Shown: piece after piece, positions 46,517-58,045 of the stretch
Layout of the letters: the number at the start of each line of letters is the position of its first letter
How positions within the stretch are numbered: the stretch's first letter is position 1
DNA from: TPA_inf: Saccharomyces
Lineage: Eukaryota
Assembly (NCBI GenBank): GCA_000146045.2
Contig: BK006938.2
Location: 416,001 to 480,000 of the forward strand
Direction of reading: 5' to 3'
Length of the DNA: 64,000 bases
Translations under genes and position numbers: made by a program
The notes under the pieces: generated by a model
Database searches by the model: none
Told to the model about the DNA's origin: nothing
Seen by the model: the letters and a program-made list of their open reading frames with translations, nothing else

Positions 46517-46610
46517 GTTATTACTGAGTAGTATTTATTTAAGTATTGTTTGTGCACTTGCCTGCAGGCCTTTTGAAAAGCAAGCATAAAAGATCTAAAC
46601 ATAAAATCTG
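46490..46610. other. ARS1: ARS1 replication origin: ACS TTTTATGTTTA on the minus strand (plus 46596..46606) abutting a BglII site AGATCT (46591..46596); B elements extend toward and into the TRP1 3' end
   Basis: ACS is an 11/11 match to WTTTAYRTTTW. The arrangement AGATCTAAACATAAAATCTGTAAAATAACAAG directly 3' of TRP1 is the classical TRP1-ARS1 fragment. The B3 (Abf1) region corresponds to ...AATTTCGTCAAAAATGCTAAGAAATAG at the TRP1 stop. Confidence 0.9.
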
Positions 46611-47145
46611 TAAAATAACAAGATGTAAAGATAATGCTAAATCATTTGGCTTTTTGATTGATTGTACAGGAAAATATACATCGCAGGGGGTTGACTTTTA
46701 CCATTTCACCGCAATGGAATCAAACTTGTTGAAGAGAATGTTCACAGGCGCATACGCTACAATGACCCGATTCTTGCTAGCCTTTTCTCGGTCTTGCAAA
46801 CAACCGCCGGCAGCTTAGTATATAAATACACATGTACATACCTCTCTCCGTATCCTCGTAATCATTTTCTTGTATTTATCGTCTTTTCGCTGTAAAAACT
46901 TTATCACACTTATCTCAAATACACTTATTAACCGCTTTTACTATTATCTTCTACGCTGACAGTAATATCAAACAGTGACACATATTAAACACAGTGGTTT
47001 CTTTGCATAAACACCATCAGCCTCAAGTCGTCAAGTAAAGATTTCGTGTTCATGCAGATAGATAACAATCTATATGTTGATAATTAGCGTTGCCTCATCA
47101 ATGCGAGATCCGTTTAACCGGACCCTAGTGCACTTACCCCACGTT

Positions 47146-47162
47146 CGGTCCACTGTGTGCCG
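47146..47162. promoter_or_regulatory. GAL4 binding site CGG-N11-CCG (CGGTCCACTGTGTGCCG), the single UASG of GAL3
   Basis: Exact CGG N11 CCG 17-mer about 270 bp upstream of the GAL3 ATG. Coordinates are +/-1 (see caveat). Confidence 0.8.
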
Positions 47163-47433
47163 AACATGCTCCTTCACTATTTTAACATGTGGAATTCTTG
47201 AAAGAATGAAATCGCCATGCCAAGCCATCACACGGTCTTTTATGCAATTGATTGACCGCCTGCAACACATAGGCAGTAAAATTTTTACTGAAACGTATAT
47301 AATCATCATAAGCGACAAGTGAGGCAACACCTTTGTTACCACATTGACAACCCCAGGTATTCATACTTCCTATTAGCGGAATCAGGAGTGCAAAAAGAGA
47401 AAATAAAAGTAAAAAGGTAGGGCAACACATAGT

Positions 47434-48996
47434 ATGAATACAAACGTTCCAATATTCAGTTCTCCGGTCAGAGATTTACCAAGGTCTTTCGAACAAAAAC
47501 ATTTAGCGGTTGTAGATGCATTTTTCCAAACATACCATGTCAAACCTGATTTTATCGCTAGGTCTCCTGGCAGAGTAAATCTGATTGGTGAGCATATAGA
47601 TTATTGCGATTTTTCAGTTTTGCCATTAGCCATTGATGTGGATATGCTTTGCGCAGTTAAAATTTTAGACGAAAAAAATCCATCCATTACCTTAACAAAT
47701 GCGGACCCTAAATTTGCTCAGCGAAAGTTTGATCTGCCTTTAGATGGTTCCTACATGGCCATAGATCCGTCTGTGTCGGAATGGTCGAATTACTTTAAAT
47801 GCGGACTACATGTGGCACATTCATACTTGAAAAAAATTGCTCCGGAAAGATTTAATAATACACCCTTAGTAGGTGCGCAGATCTTTTGCCAGAGCGATAT
47901 TCCTACTGGTGGTGGACTCTCATCTGCATTTACTTGCGCGGCAGCACTAGCCACAATTAGAGCCAATATGGGAAAAAATTTTGATATTTCCAAAAAAGAC
48001 TTGACCCGCATCACAGCGGTTGCTGAGCACTATGTTGGAGTCAATAATGGTGGTATGGATCAAGCAACGTCTGTTTATGGGGAAGAAGATCATGCTCTAT
48101 ACGTAGAGTTTAGGCCAAAACTAAAGGCCACACCTTTCAAGTTTCCTCAATTGAAAAATCATGAAATCAGTTTCGTCATCGCCAATACTCTTGTAAAGTC
48201 TAATAAATTCGAAACTGCTCCTACAAATTACAATTTAAGAGTAATAGAGGTAACAGTTGCTGCCAACGCCTTGGCGACCAGATACAGCGTGGCCTTACCA
48301 TCTCACAAGGACAATTCTAACTCAGAAAGAGGGAATCTAAGAGATTTTATGGATGCTTACTACGCCAGATACGAAAACCAAGCCCAACCATGGAATGGAG
48401 ATATCGGAACTGGTATTGAACGTTTACTCAAGATGCTACAATTGGTAGAAGAATCTTTCTCGAGGAAAAAGAGCGGATTCACTGTACATGAAGCCTCTAC
48501 GGCGCTAAACTGTTCACGTGAGGAGTTCACTAGAGATTACCTGACAACTTTTCCCGTCCGCTTCCAAGTCTTGAAACTATATCAAAGAGCTAAACACGTT
48601 TACTCCGAATCCTTAAGGGTGCTTAAGGCTTTAAAAATGATGACAAGTGCCACTTTTCACACGGACGAAGATTTCTTTACAGATTTTGGCCGACTAATGA
48701 ATGAGTCCCAGGCCTCTTGTGATAAACTTTATGAATGTTCGTGCATAGAAACCAATCAAATATGCTCGATTGCCCTAGCAAATGGTTCTTTCGGCTCCCG
48801 TCTCACTGGCGCTGGTTGGGGCGGTTGCACTATCCACCTTGTTCCTAGTGGCGCTAATGGGAACGTGGAACAGGTACGAAAAGCACTAATCGAAAAATTC
48901 TACAATGTAAGATATCCGGATCTCACAGATGAAGAACTAAAAGACGCAATTATAGTTTCGAAGCCTGCCTTGGGTACTTGTTTGTACGAACAATAA
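47434..48996 (+). CDS. GAL3: GAL3 galactose sensor/transducer (galactokinase paralog), 520 aa
   Basis: GHMP kinase motifs (PTGGGLSSA). Galactokinase signature [12 protein letters not shown]. Length matches GAL3 rather than GAL1 (528 aa). Lies adjacent to TRP1/ARS1. Confidence 0.95.
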
Positions 48997-49313
48997 CACT
49001 AAACACCTTCTTGGAACAACCTTTAAATATTAAAAGTTTACTCATACCTCTTACACTCTATAAAGAAACAAGTTGGTGAGTCCAATAGAACCCATTCCAG
49101 CATCCGATGCAACCATAGCCCGGTTGATGCGAGTCAGAGTGGCTCCGCACACAGAGGTTATGTGACCATGGTAACCGTACACATTTTTCCACGGCAAGGA
49201 AGTGGCGCGAAAGAAGCACCGCCCTCCACGGATCACCCCATTTGGAAAAGAACGGAGACATAAAAAAAAATTACCTTCACGCCAGACTATGTATGACTCG
49301 TAGAAATCTAGCA

Positions 49314-49321
49314 TCCGCGGA
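49314..49321. promoter_or_regulatory. PDRE TCCGCGGA (Pdr1/Pdr3) upstream of SNQ2, copy 1
   Basis: Perfect palindromic octamer. Confidence 0.75.
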
Positions 49322-49334
49322 GCTATTTTAAGTT

Positions 49335-49342
49335 TCCGCGGA
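49335..49342. promoter_or_regulatory. PDRE TCCGCGGA upstream of SNQ2, copy 2
   Basis: Perfect octamer 21 bp from copy 1. A degenerate third copy, TCCGCGCA, lies at about 49373..49380. Confidence 0.75.
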
Positions 49343-49477
49343 TGCCTTTCGATCCTTTCCCAGTCGTCTGGTTCCGCGCACATATGACTAAATGTCCGCC
49401 CATTTCCGTTTAAATCCGTTTTCTATTTTCTTTAGGTCTTTCCATTGTATTCCCTGCAACCCCGCTGGGTATTGGTA

Positions 49478-49484
49478 TTACTAA
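49478..49484. promoter_or_regulatory. Yap1 response element TTACTAA upstream of SNQ2
   Basis: Exact heptamer about 435 bp upstream of the ATG. Confidence 0.5.
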
Positions 49485-49918
49485 TAGTGACTACGCAACA
49501 TCAACATATAAAACAAATGATGAGTAGTGCCCCTCCCTCACCGCTATCGCCTCACCACTTTTTATGCTTGTATATGCTTGTAGATAAATAAATACCTAAC
49601 GAAAACAATATATACGAACCTAGTGTATTTGTATCTTTTGTTTTTCAAGTTGAAGTGTTGCGAGGTCAAAAAAAAAAAAGCTCACTGTAGGATATAGGAG
49701 TTACTATATCACCAGTGCATTACATTCTCAGTGCATCCATCGTCTTCAACATTGATTATTTTCTCCTTCCATTGATTAGAGTTCAAGCTCCCTGAGAAAA
49801 CGAAGGTATAGCGGACGTACCCGCAGAGACATAAAAAAAGAAAAACTATATCGAAGACCGAAAGCAGTAAAAAAGTGGATAGAATAACACAGCTACCAAA
49901 ATACGTAAAGAGAATTCA

Positions 49919-52900
49919 ATGAGCAATATCAAAAGCACGCAAGATAGCTCTCATAATGCTGTCGCTAGAAGCTCAAGCGCTTCTTTTGCAGCTTCAGAAG
50001 AATCATTTACGGGCATAACCCATGACAAAGATGAGCAGAGCGATACCCCGGCGGATAAACTAACAAAAATGCTGACAGGACCTGCAAGAGACACTGCGAG
50101 CCAGATTAGTGCCACTGTGTCTGAAATGGCGCCAGATGTCGTATCTAAAGTGGAGTCATTTGCAGATGCACTATCCCGTCATACAACGAGAAGCGGTGCC
50201 TTTAATATGGATTCAGATAGTGACGATGGGTTCGATGCCCATGCCATCTTTGAAAGTTTTGTAAGAGACGCTGATGAGCAAGGCATCCATATCCGCAAGG
50301 CTGGTGTTACCATAGAGGACGTAAGCGCTAAAGGTGTGGATGCGAGTGCCCTAGAAGGTGCTACCTTTGGTAACATTCTTTGTTTACCGTTGACCATCTT
50401 TAAAGGTATTAAGGCTAAGAGGCATCAAAAGATGAGACAGATCATAAGCAATGTCAATGCCCTGGCAGAAGCGGGTGAAATGATTTTGGTTCTTGGAAGG
50501 CCTGGTGCTGGTTGTTCCTCCTTTTTAAAAGTAACAGCTGGTGAAATAGATCAGTTTGCCGGTGGTGTTTCCGGTGAAGTAGCATATGATGGTATTCCCC
50601 AAGAAGAAATGATGAAACGATATAAAGCAGATGTTATTTACAATGGTGAGTTGGATGTTCATTTCCCTTATTTAACAGTTAAGCAAACTTTGGATTTCGC
50701 TATTGCCTGCAAAACGCCTGCTCTCAGAGTCAATAACGTTTCCAAAAAGGAATACATTGCATCCAGAAGAGATTTATATGCAACCATTTTCGGTCTAAGG
50801 CATACCTATAATACCAAAGTTGGTAACGATTTCGTTAGAGGTGTATCTGGTGGTGAACGTAAGCGTGTTTCCATTGCCGAGGCTTTGGCAGCCAAAGGTT
50901 CCATTTACTGTTGGGATAATGCCACTAGAGGTTTGGATGCGTCTACGGCCTTAGAATACGCAAAAGCCATCCGTATTATGACAAACTTATTGAAATCAAC
51001 CGCTTTTGTTACAATTTATCAGGCAAGTGAAAACATTTACGAAACATTTGATAAAGTCACTGTCCTTTATTCTGGTAAGCAAATTTATTTTGGTTTGATC
51101 CACGAGGCAAAACCTTATTTCGCAAAAATGGGTTATTTGTGTCCTCCAAGGCAAGCAACAGCTGAATTTTTAACCGCGTTGACTGATCCAAATGGATTCC
51201 ATCTGATCAAGCCAGGTTATGAAAATAAAGTACCAAGAACCGCTGAGGAATTCGAAACATATTGGTTAAATTCTCCAGAGTTTGCTCAAATGAAAAAAGA
51301 TATCGCTGCTTATAAAGAGAAGGTCAATACCGAAAAGACTAAAGAAGTTTATGACGAATCGATGGCTCAAGAGAAATCCAAATATACGAGAAAGAAGTCT
51401 TATTATACAGTGTCATATTGGGAACAAGTTAAACTGTGTACCCAACGTGGGTTCCAAAGAATTTACGGTAACAAGAGTTATACAGTCATCAATGTCTGCT
51501 CTGCAATAATTCAATCTTTTATTACTGGATCATTATTTTACAATACCCCTTCATCCACTTCCGGTGCTTTTTCAAGAGGTGGTGTGTTGTATTTTGCGCT
51601 ACTATATTATTCTTTGATGGGACTGGCGAATATTTCTTTTGAACATAGGCCAATCTTACAAAAGCACAAGGGCTATTCTTTGTATCATCCTTCAGCTGAG
51701 GCAATTGGCTCCACTCTGGCATCTTTCCCCTTCAGAATGATTGGTTTGACCTGTTTCTTTATCATTTTATTCTTCCTATCTGGGTTGCACAGAACAGCGG
51801 GATCATTTTTTACCATCTATTTGTTCTTAACCATGTGTTCAGAGGCGATCAATGGTTTATTTGAGATGGTTTCTTCAGTATGTGACACTCTTTCTCAAGC
51901 TAACTCTATCTCGGGTATTCTGATGATGTCTATCTCAATGTACTCTACCTATATGATCCAATTGCCTTCGATGCATCCATGGTTTAAATGGATATCGTAC
52001 GTACTACCTATCAGGTACGCCTTCGAGTCGATGTTAAATGCCGAATTTCACGGTAGGCATATGGATTGTGCTAACACTCTAGTACCCAGTGGAGGAGACT
52101 ATGATAATTTATCCGATGACTACAAAGTATGTGCTTTTGTTGGTTCGAAACCAGGTCAGTCTTATGTGCTTGGTGATGACTACCTTAAAAATCAATTTCA
52201 GTACGTTTATAAGCACACGTGGAGAAACTTTGGTATCTTGTGGTGCTTTTTACTGGGTTATGTTGTTTTGAAAGTGATATTCACAGAATATAAGAGGCCT
52301 GTGAAAGGTGGTGGTGATGCTCTTATCTTCAAGAAAGGATCAAAAAGATTTATCGCACATGCAGATGAAGAATCTCCAGACAATGTCAATGATATAGATG
52401 CCAAAGAGCAATTCTCCAGTGAAAGTAGCGGCGCAAATGATGAAGTATTTGATGATTTAGAAGCCAAAGGTGTTTTCATTTGGAAGGACGTATGCTTTAC
52501 TATTCCATATGAAGGCGGTAAGAGAATGCTTTTGGATAATGTTTCAGGTTATTGTATTCCAGGTACCATGACGGCCTTGATGGGAGAGTCAGGTGCTGGT
52601 AAAACAACTTTGTTAAATACTCTTGCTCAAAGAAATGTCGGTATCATTACTGGTGATATGCTTGTCAATGGACGTCCCATTGATGCGAGTTTCGAAAGGC
52701 GTACAGGTTATGTACAACAACAGGATATACATATCGCAGAGTTAACTGTTAGGGAATCGTTGCAGTTTTCTGCTCGTATGCGTCGCCCTCAGCATTTGCC
52801 TGATTCTGAAAAAATGGATTATGTGGAAAAAATCATCAGAGTTTTGGGAATGGAAGAGTATGCGGAAGCCCTTGTTGGTGAGGTTGGTTGTGGTTTAAAC

Positions 52901-54424
52901 GTTGAACAGAGAAAGAAGCTGTCTATTGGTGTTGAACTAGTCGCCAAACCAGACTTATTATTATTCCTCGATGAACCTACATCAGGTTTGGATTCTCAAT
53001 CTTCATGGGCCATTATTCAATTATTAAGAAAGTTATCAAAAGCTGGCCAATCCATTCTTTGTACGATCCATCAACCTTCAGCTACTCTGTTCGAAGAGTT
53101 TGATAGATTACTACTTTTGAGGAAGGGTGGACAAACTGTTTATTTCGGAGATATTGGTAAGAACTCTGCCACCATTTTGAACTACTTTGAAAGGAATGGG
53201 GCAAGAAAATGTGATTCTAGTGAAAATCCTGCTGAATATATTTTAGAGGCTATTGGTGCCGGTGCCACAGCATCCGTCAAAGAAGACTGGCACGAAAAAT
53301 GGTTGAACTCTGTCGAGTTTGAACAAACAAAAGAAAAAGTACAGGATTTAATAAATGATTTATCGAAACAAGAAACTAAATCCGAAGTTGGAGACAAACC
53401 TTCCAAATATGCTACTTCTTATGCTTACCAGTTCAGATATGTTTTAATCAGAACCTCTACTTCATTTTGGAGAAGTCTGAATTACATCATGTCAAAGATG
53501 ATGCTAATGCTGGTTGGTGGTCTGTATATTGGTTTCACATTTTTCAATGTTGGTAAAAGTTATGTCGGCTTACAAAATGCGATGTTCGCGGCATTTATCT
53601 CTATTATCTTGTCTGCTCCTGCAATGAACCAAATCCAAGGACGTGCTATTGCCTCCAGAGAACTTTTTGAAGTTAGGGAATCCCAATCTAACATGTTTCA
53701 CTGGTCGCTGGTGTTGATCACTCAGTACTTGAGCGAACTTCCCTATCATTTATTTTTTTCGACAATTTTCTTTGTCTCATCGTATTTTCCATTAAGAATC
53801 TTCTTCGAAGCGTCAAGATCTGCGGTGTACTTTTTGAATTACTGCATTATGTTCCAGTTATACTATGTTGGTCTTGGCTTAATGATCCTATATATGTCAC
53901 CGAACCTTCCATCCGCTAATGTTATCTTAGGTTTGTGTCTGTCATTTATGCTTTCTTTCTGTGGTGTTACACAACCTGTCTCATTGATGCCTGGCTTCTG
54001 GACATTCATGTGGAAGGCTTCCCCATACACATATTTTGTTCAGAATCTGGTCGGAATTATGCTGCACAAAAAACCAGTCGTATGCAAAAAGAAAGAACTA
54101 AACTACTTCAACCCACCAAACGGCTCAACGTGTGGAGAGTACATGAAACCCTTTTTGGAAAAAGCTACTGGTTACATCGAAAATCCTGATGCTACGTCAG
54201 ATTGTGCATACTGTATTTACGAAGTTGGAGATAATTATTTGACACATATCAGCTCTAAGTATAGCTACTTGTGGAGAAATTTTGGAATATTTTGGATTTA
54301 CATTTTCTTCAATATCATTGCTATGGTTTGTGTGTATTACCTCTTCCATGTAAGACAATCTTCCTTCCTAAGCCCCGTATCTATACTCAATAAAATTAAA
54401 AACATAAGGAAAAAGAAGCAGTAA
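49919..54424 (+). CDS. SNQ2: SNQ2 PDR-subfamily ABC transporter ((NBD-TMD)x2), 1501 aa
   Basis: Two NBDs (GRPGAGCSSFLK; GESGAGKTTLLN) and ABC signatures (VSGGERKRVSIA; LNVEQRKKLSIG). Length matches SNQ2. Confidence 0.97.
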   Translation: MSNIKSTQDSSHNAVARSSSASFAASEESFTGITHDKDEQSDTPADKLTKMLTGPARDTASQISATVSEMAPDVVSKVESFADALSRHTTRSGAFNMDSDSDDGFDAHAIFESFVRDADEQGIHIRKAGVTIEDVSAKGVDASALEGATFGNILCLPLTIFKGIKAKRHQKMRQIISNVNALAEAGEMILVLGRPGAGCSSFLKVTAGEIDQFAGGVSGEVAYDGIPQEEMMKRYKADVIYNGELDVHFPYLTVKQTLDFAIACKTPALRVNNVSKKEYIASRRDLYATIFGLRHTYNTKVGNDFVRGVSGGERKRVSIAEALAAKGSIYCWDNATRGLDASTALEYAKAIRIMTNLLKSTAFVTIYQASENIYETFDKVTVLYSGKQIYFGLIHEAKPYFAKMGYLCPPRQATAEFLTALTDPNGFHLIKPGYENKVPRTAEEFETYWLNSPEFAQMKKDIAAYKEKVNTEKTKEVYDESMAQEKSKYTRKKSYYTVSYWEQVKLCTQRGFQRIYGNKSYTVINVCSAIIQSFITGSLFYNTPSSTSGAFSRGGVLYFALLYYSLMGLANISFEHRPILQKHKGYSLYHPSAEAIGSTLASFPFRMIGLTCFFIILFFLSGLHRTAGSFFTIYLFLTMCSEAINGLFEMVSSVCDTLSQANSISGILMMSISMYSTYMIQLPSMHPWFKWISYVLPIRYAFESMLNAEFHGRHMDCANTLVPSGGDYDNLSDDYKVCAFVGSKPGQSYVLGDDYLKNQFQYVYKHTWRNFGILWCFLLGYVVLKVIFTEYKRPVKGGGDALIFKKGSKRFIAHADEESPDNVNDIDAKEQFSSESSGANDEVFDDLEAKGVFIWKDVCFTIPYEGGKRMLLDNVSGYCIPGTMTALMGESGAGKTTLLNTLAQRNVGIITGDMLVNGRPIDASFERRTGYVQQQDIHIAELTVRESLQFSARMRRPQHLPDSEKMDYVEKIIRVLGMEEYAEALVGEVGCGLNVEQRKKLSIGVELVAKPDLLLFLDEPTSGLDSQSSWAIIQLLRKLSKAGQSILCTIHQPSATLFEEFDRLLLLRKGGQTVYFGDIGKNSATILNYFERNGARKCDSSENPAEYILEAIGAGATASVKEDWHEKWLNSVEFEQTKEKVQDLINDLSKQETKSEVGDKPSKYATSYAYQFRYVLIRTSTSFWRSLNYIMSKMMLMLVGGLYIGFTFFNVGKSYVGLQNAMFAAFISIILSAPAMNQIQGRAIASRELFEVRESQSNMFHWSLVLITQYLSELPYHLFFSTIFFVSSYFPLRIFFEASRSAVYFLNYCIMFQLYYVGLGLMILYMSPNLPSANVILGLCLSFMLSFCGVTQPVSLMPGFWTFMWKASPYTYFVQNLVGIMLHKKPVVCKKKELNYFNPPNGSTCGEYMKPFLEKATGYIENPDATSDCAYCIYEVGDNYLTHISSKYSYLWRNFGIFWIYIFFNIIAMVCVYYLFHVRQSSFLSPVSILNKIKNIRKKKQ

Positions 54425-55786
54425 TGTGGGCTTCAGATAACTTAACATTTTGTGCATTCATCTGCCTTTAATTCTTAATTCTCATTTTACACTATAGAAG
54501 AAGACACGAGTACATCTCGTTTCACTTTTATACTGACATTCATATAATTAACAATAAGTATAGTTTATAATAGATACAAAAAAAAAGTCTTGTATTACCA
54601 TGTTAATAGTTACATTGTGTATAACTCTCGTAGTTTTCAAAAGTCAAGTCTTGTTGAGTAAAAAAGTTTATTTTACCCTTGGGTTTCGACTCAAAATATT
54701 GGATTACGATCTAAGCAAGGTGTTGCAAGTACAAGCTAAACGAAAAGAATAAGACAAAAAAACTGAGGCTCCTCAAACTGGTCACCAAAATTGAACTTCA
54801 AATTTAGTGTTTCTACATTTTTTCTATTTTGTTTCATTTTTATATCCCTTTCATATGATTAACAAAACTTGGTAAATTATCTGGCCTGTCAACCCTTACC
54901 TGTCCTGTCCCTTCTTTAGACAAAAGAAAATAAAAAAATTGGACACAGGAAAACAACAGCCTCCATACCACAGTTTCTGTGTCTTATTCTATTTAGGAAG
55001 GTCATTCTATATTACTCAAAGGAAAGACATCCAGTAGAAACAATAGTGTTGCTAAACGGTTAACTTGCCCACTAATGTCTGCTTATATTTGCAAATCACT
55101 ATTGTGGCAAGTCATACCCTGGAGCTTTGTGATTGAACAACATATACTATATTGCAGCAGTATTTTTCAGAAATAATATTCGAAAGAAGTGAGAACAAGA
55201 AATGACCACGATAGATTACAGCTGACCAACTTAGAAAATGAGTAAACTTATTTTTGTCTTAAGAAGTGCATGCAGCGACCTCTCCCAATTACCAAATTGT
55301 AATTTTTTATTATTCTTTTTTTCTGCATAGTTCATTCGACAGCTTGGTTGAAAAGAGTGATAAAAATTTTCTGTTTTATGAAAAGTTTTCATAACTCTAT
55401 TAAGGGTTGCACTATAAGAACATTTCGCAATAAAGCAACCCTTATCCGGACCCTACATGTTCCGTAAGTCCTGCCTTATTTATCGTAACGGTATTCATCT
55501 TACAGGAATTTTTGAATATAGATAACGTTAGTTTTGATAGATTGGAACAAATGGGAAAATAACAATTTAGAAGCGCTTTCCTCAGCGTATCTGAATTATA
55601 AAACAACTGCGCATATTGCTAAGAACTGCACTGAAGGCATGAATTGTCTATTCCGTTAGAAATATAATTATTTACGAAAGCATCGCGCAGACGCAATTTT
55701 TTTAACATTTTTTTTTTTTCAAGTACTCTGGAAAAGTTTTCATGAAGATCATGAATACGTTACACTACTATTATTATTGAAAATAA

Positions 55787-56941
<1,155 letters not shown>

Positions 56942-57062
56942 AATTTATAGTATAGATCTTTAACTTTAATTTAAATATCTTTGTTACTAGTCTTTAATCA
57001 AACCTTTTTGTTTTCTTTAAAGTCGAAACGTCAGATTTGCTCAAAACCTTCTTGTCGTTACA

Positions 57063-57070
57063 ACGCGAAA
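57063..57070. promoter_or_regulatory. MCB-like ACGCGAAA about 90 bp upstream of PSF1
   Basis: ACGCGN core match. PSF1 (GINS) is a G1/S gene. Confidence 0.4.
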
Positions 57071-57156
57071 ATTGTAATTTAAAATAACTAACGAAGAAAG
57101 CTGAAAAATAGATGTGAGGGAAAATCGTTTATAAACGGCCATGCTCACAGAGAATC

Positions 57157-57783
57157 ATGTATGGAGATTTAGGTAATAAATTAGTATTAGAAGCTAAAAG
57201 AACAAAACAGCTGTACGCAAGAAGTAATCAAGATGTTAATTTACCCATGTATCATGAAGATATAATACGAAATATTCTGAAAGAAGTTTCAAATTTACGT
57301 AAAAATACGGAATATCTTAAAGAACAGCAGCAACTAGGAATGCTAGATGATAAGGTGGCTAAATGCCAGTATTTCGTTACCTTGTTATGTATGGAAAGGA
57401 ACAAGAGATGTCTCTTAGCATACCAAAGGTTGAGAACAGACATACTAGATTCTATGGCTTGGAATAATAATGGTCTGGACTTGATGAGTAGCATTACGTT
57501 TAGCCAACAAGACACAAATAACCTTTCTCATCAAGAGCAGGAATATTTGAAAGAATACTGCGATTTAATTACTGATTTAAAAAGTGGTGACTTGGTCGAT
57601 ATTGATTTATCCGGCTCTTTAGTGCCTCCGAGCGATGTATTTATTGATGTTAGAGTGCTCAAAGATGCTGGTGAGATTCAAACTGAATACGGCGTGTTTA
57701 ACCTTATTAAAGACTCCCAGTTTTTCGTAAGGCAGTCTGATGTAGAGCGTTTGATTCAACAAGGTTATTTGCAGAAGATATGA
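57157..57783 (+). CDS. PSF1: PSF1 GINS complex subunit, 208 aa
   Basis: Length and sequence match from memory. Confidence 0.85.
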   Translation: MYGDLGNKLVLEAKRTKQLYARSNQDVNLPMYHEDIIRNILKEVSNLRKNTEYLKEQQQLGMLDDKVAKCQYFVTLLCMERNKRCLLAYQRLRTDILDSMAWNNNGLDLMSSITFSQQDTNNLSHQEQEYLKEYCDLITDLKSGDLVDIDLSGSLVPPSDVFIDVRVLKDAGEIQTEYGVFNLIKDSQFFVRQSDVERLIQQGYLQKI

Positions 57784-58045
57784 TAAAATGCTTTCAAGCT
57801 GGTCTTCATGATATATAATCCTTTATAAAGCAAGATACATACCTCCATTCTAATTTACTCCCTTCTATGTTTACTTCAGCCCTTTTTAATAGATTTCGTA
57901 AGTTTTGGTTGAGGAGGCTTTCTGAGCTTTACGCGACTTTATTGATGACGAAGCTTCACTTTATTATAATAATGAAAAACTGCGCAGAGAAACTATCGCA
58001 AAACGAAACCATCTTCTTACCCTAAAGCATCCTGTTTCTGAAAAA

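Noticed and set aside
46252-46602. 116-aa minus-strand ORF overlapping the TRP1 3' end and ARS1
   Set aside because: It is antisense to a verified gene and spans an origin. It corresponds to a dubious ORF class and has no coding features.
46620-46680. Attempt to pinpoint the Abf1 (B3) site of ARS1 by the RTCRYNNNNNACG consensus
   Set aside because: I could not find an exact consensus match by eye on either side of the ACS. The B3 region is assigned only approximately (TRP1 stop region, about 46490..46515) from memory of the classical ARS1 map.
49051-49383. 110-aa minus-strand ORF in the SNQ2 promoter
   Set aside because: It overlaps the PDRE pair and has no recognisable domain. It is likely a dubious ORF.
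55430-55470. Possible Rap1 site (GGACCCTACATGT) in the RPL4B upstream region
   Set aside because: Only a partial match to ACACCCRYACAYM. I could not find a convincing Rap1 or Fhl1 motif by eye. A PWM scan is needed before claiming it.
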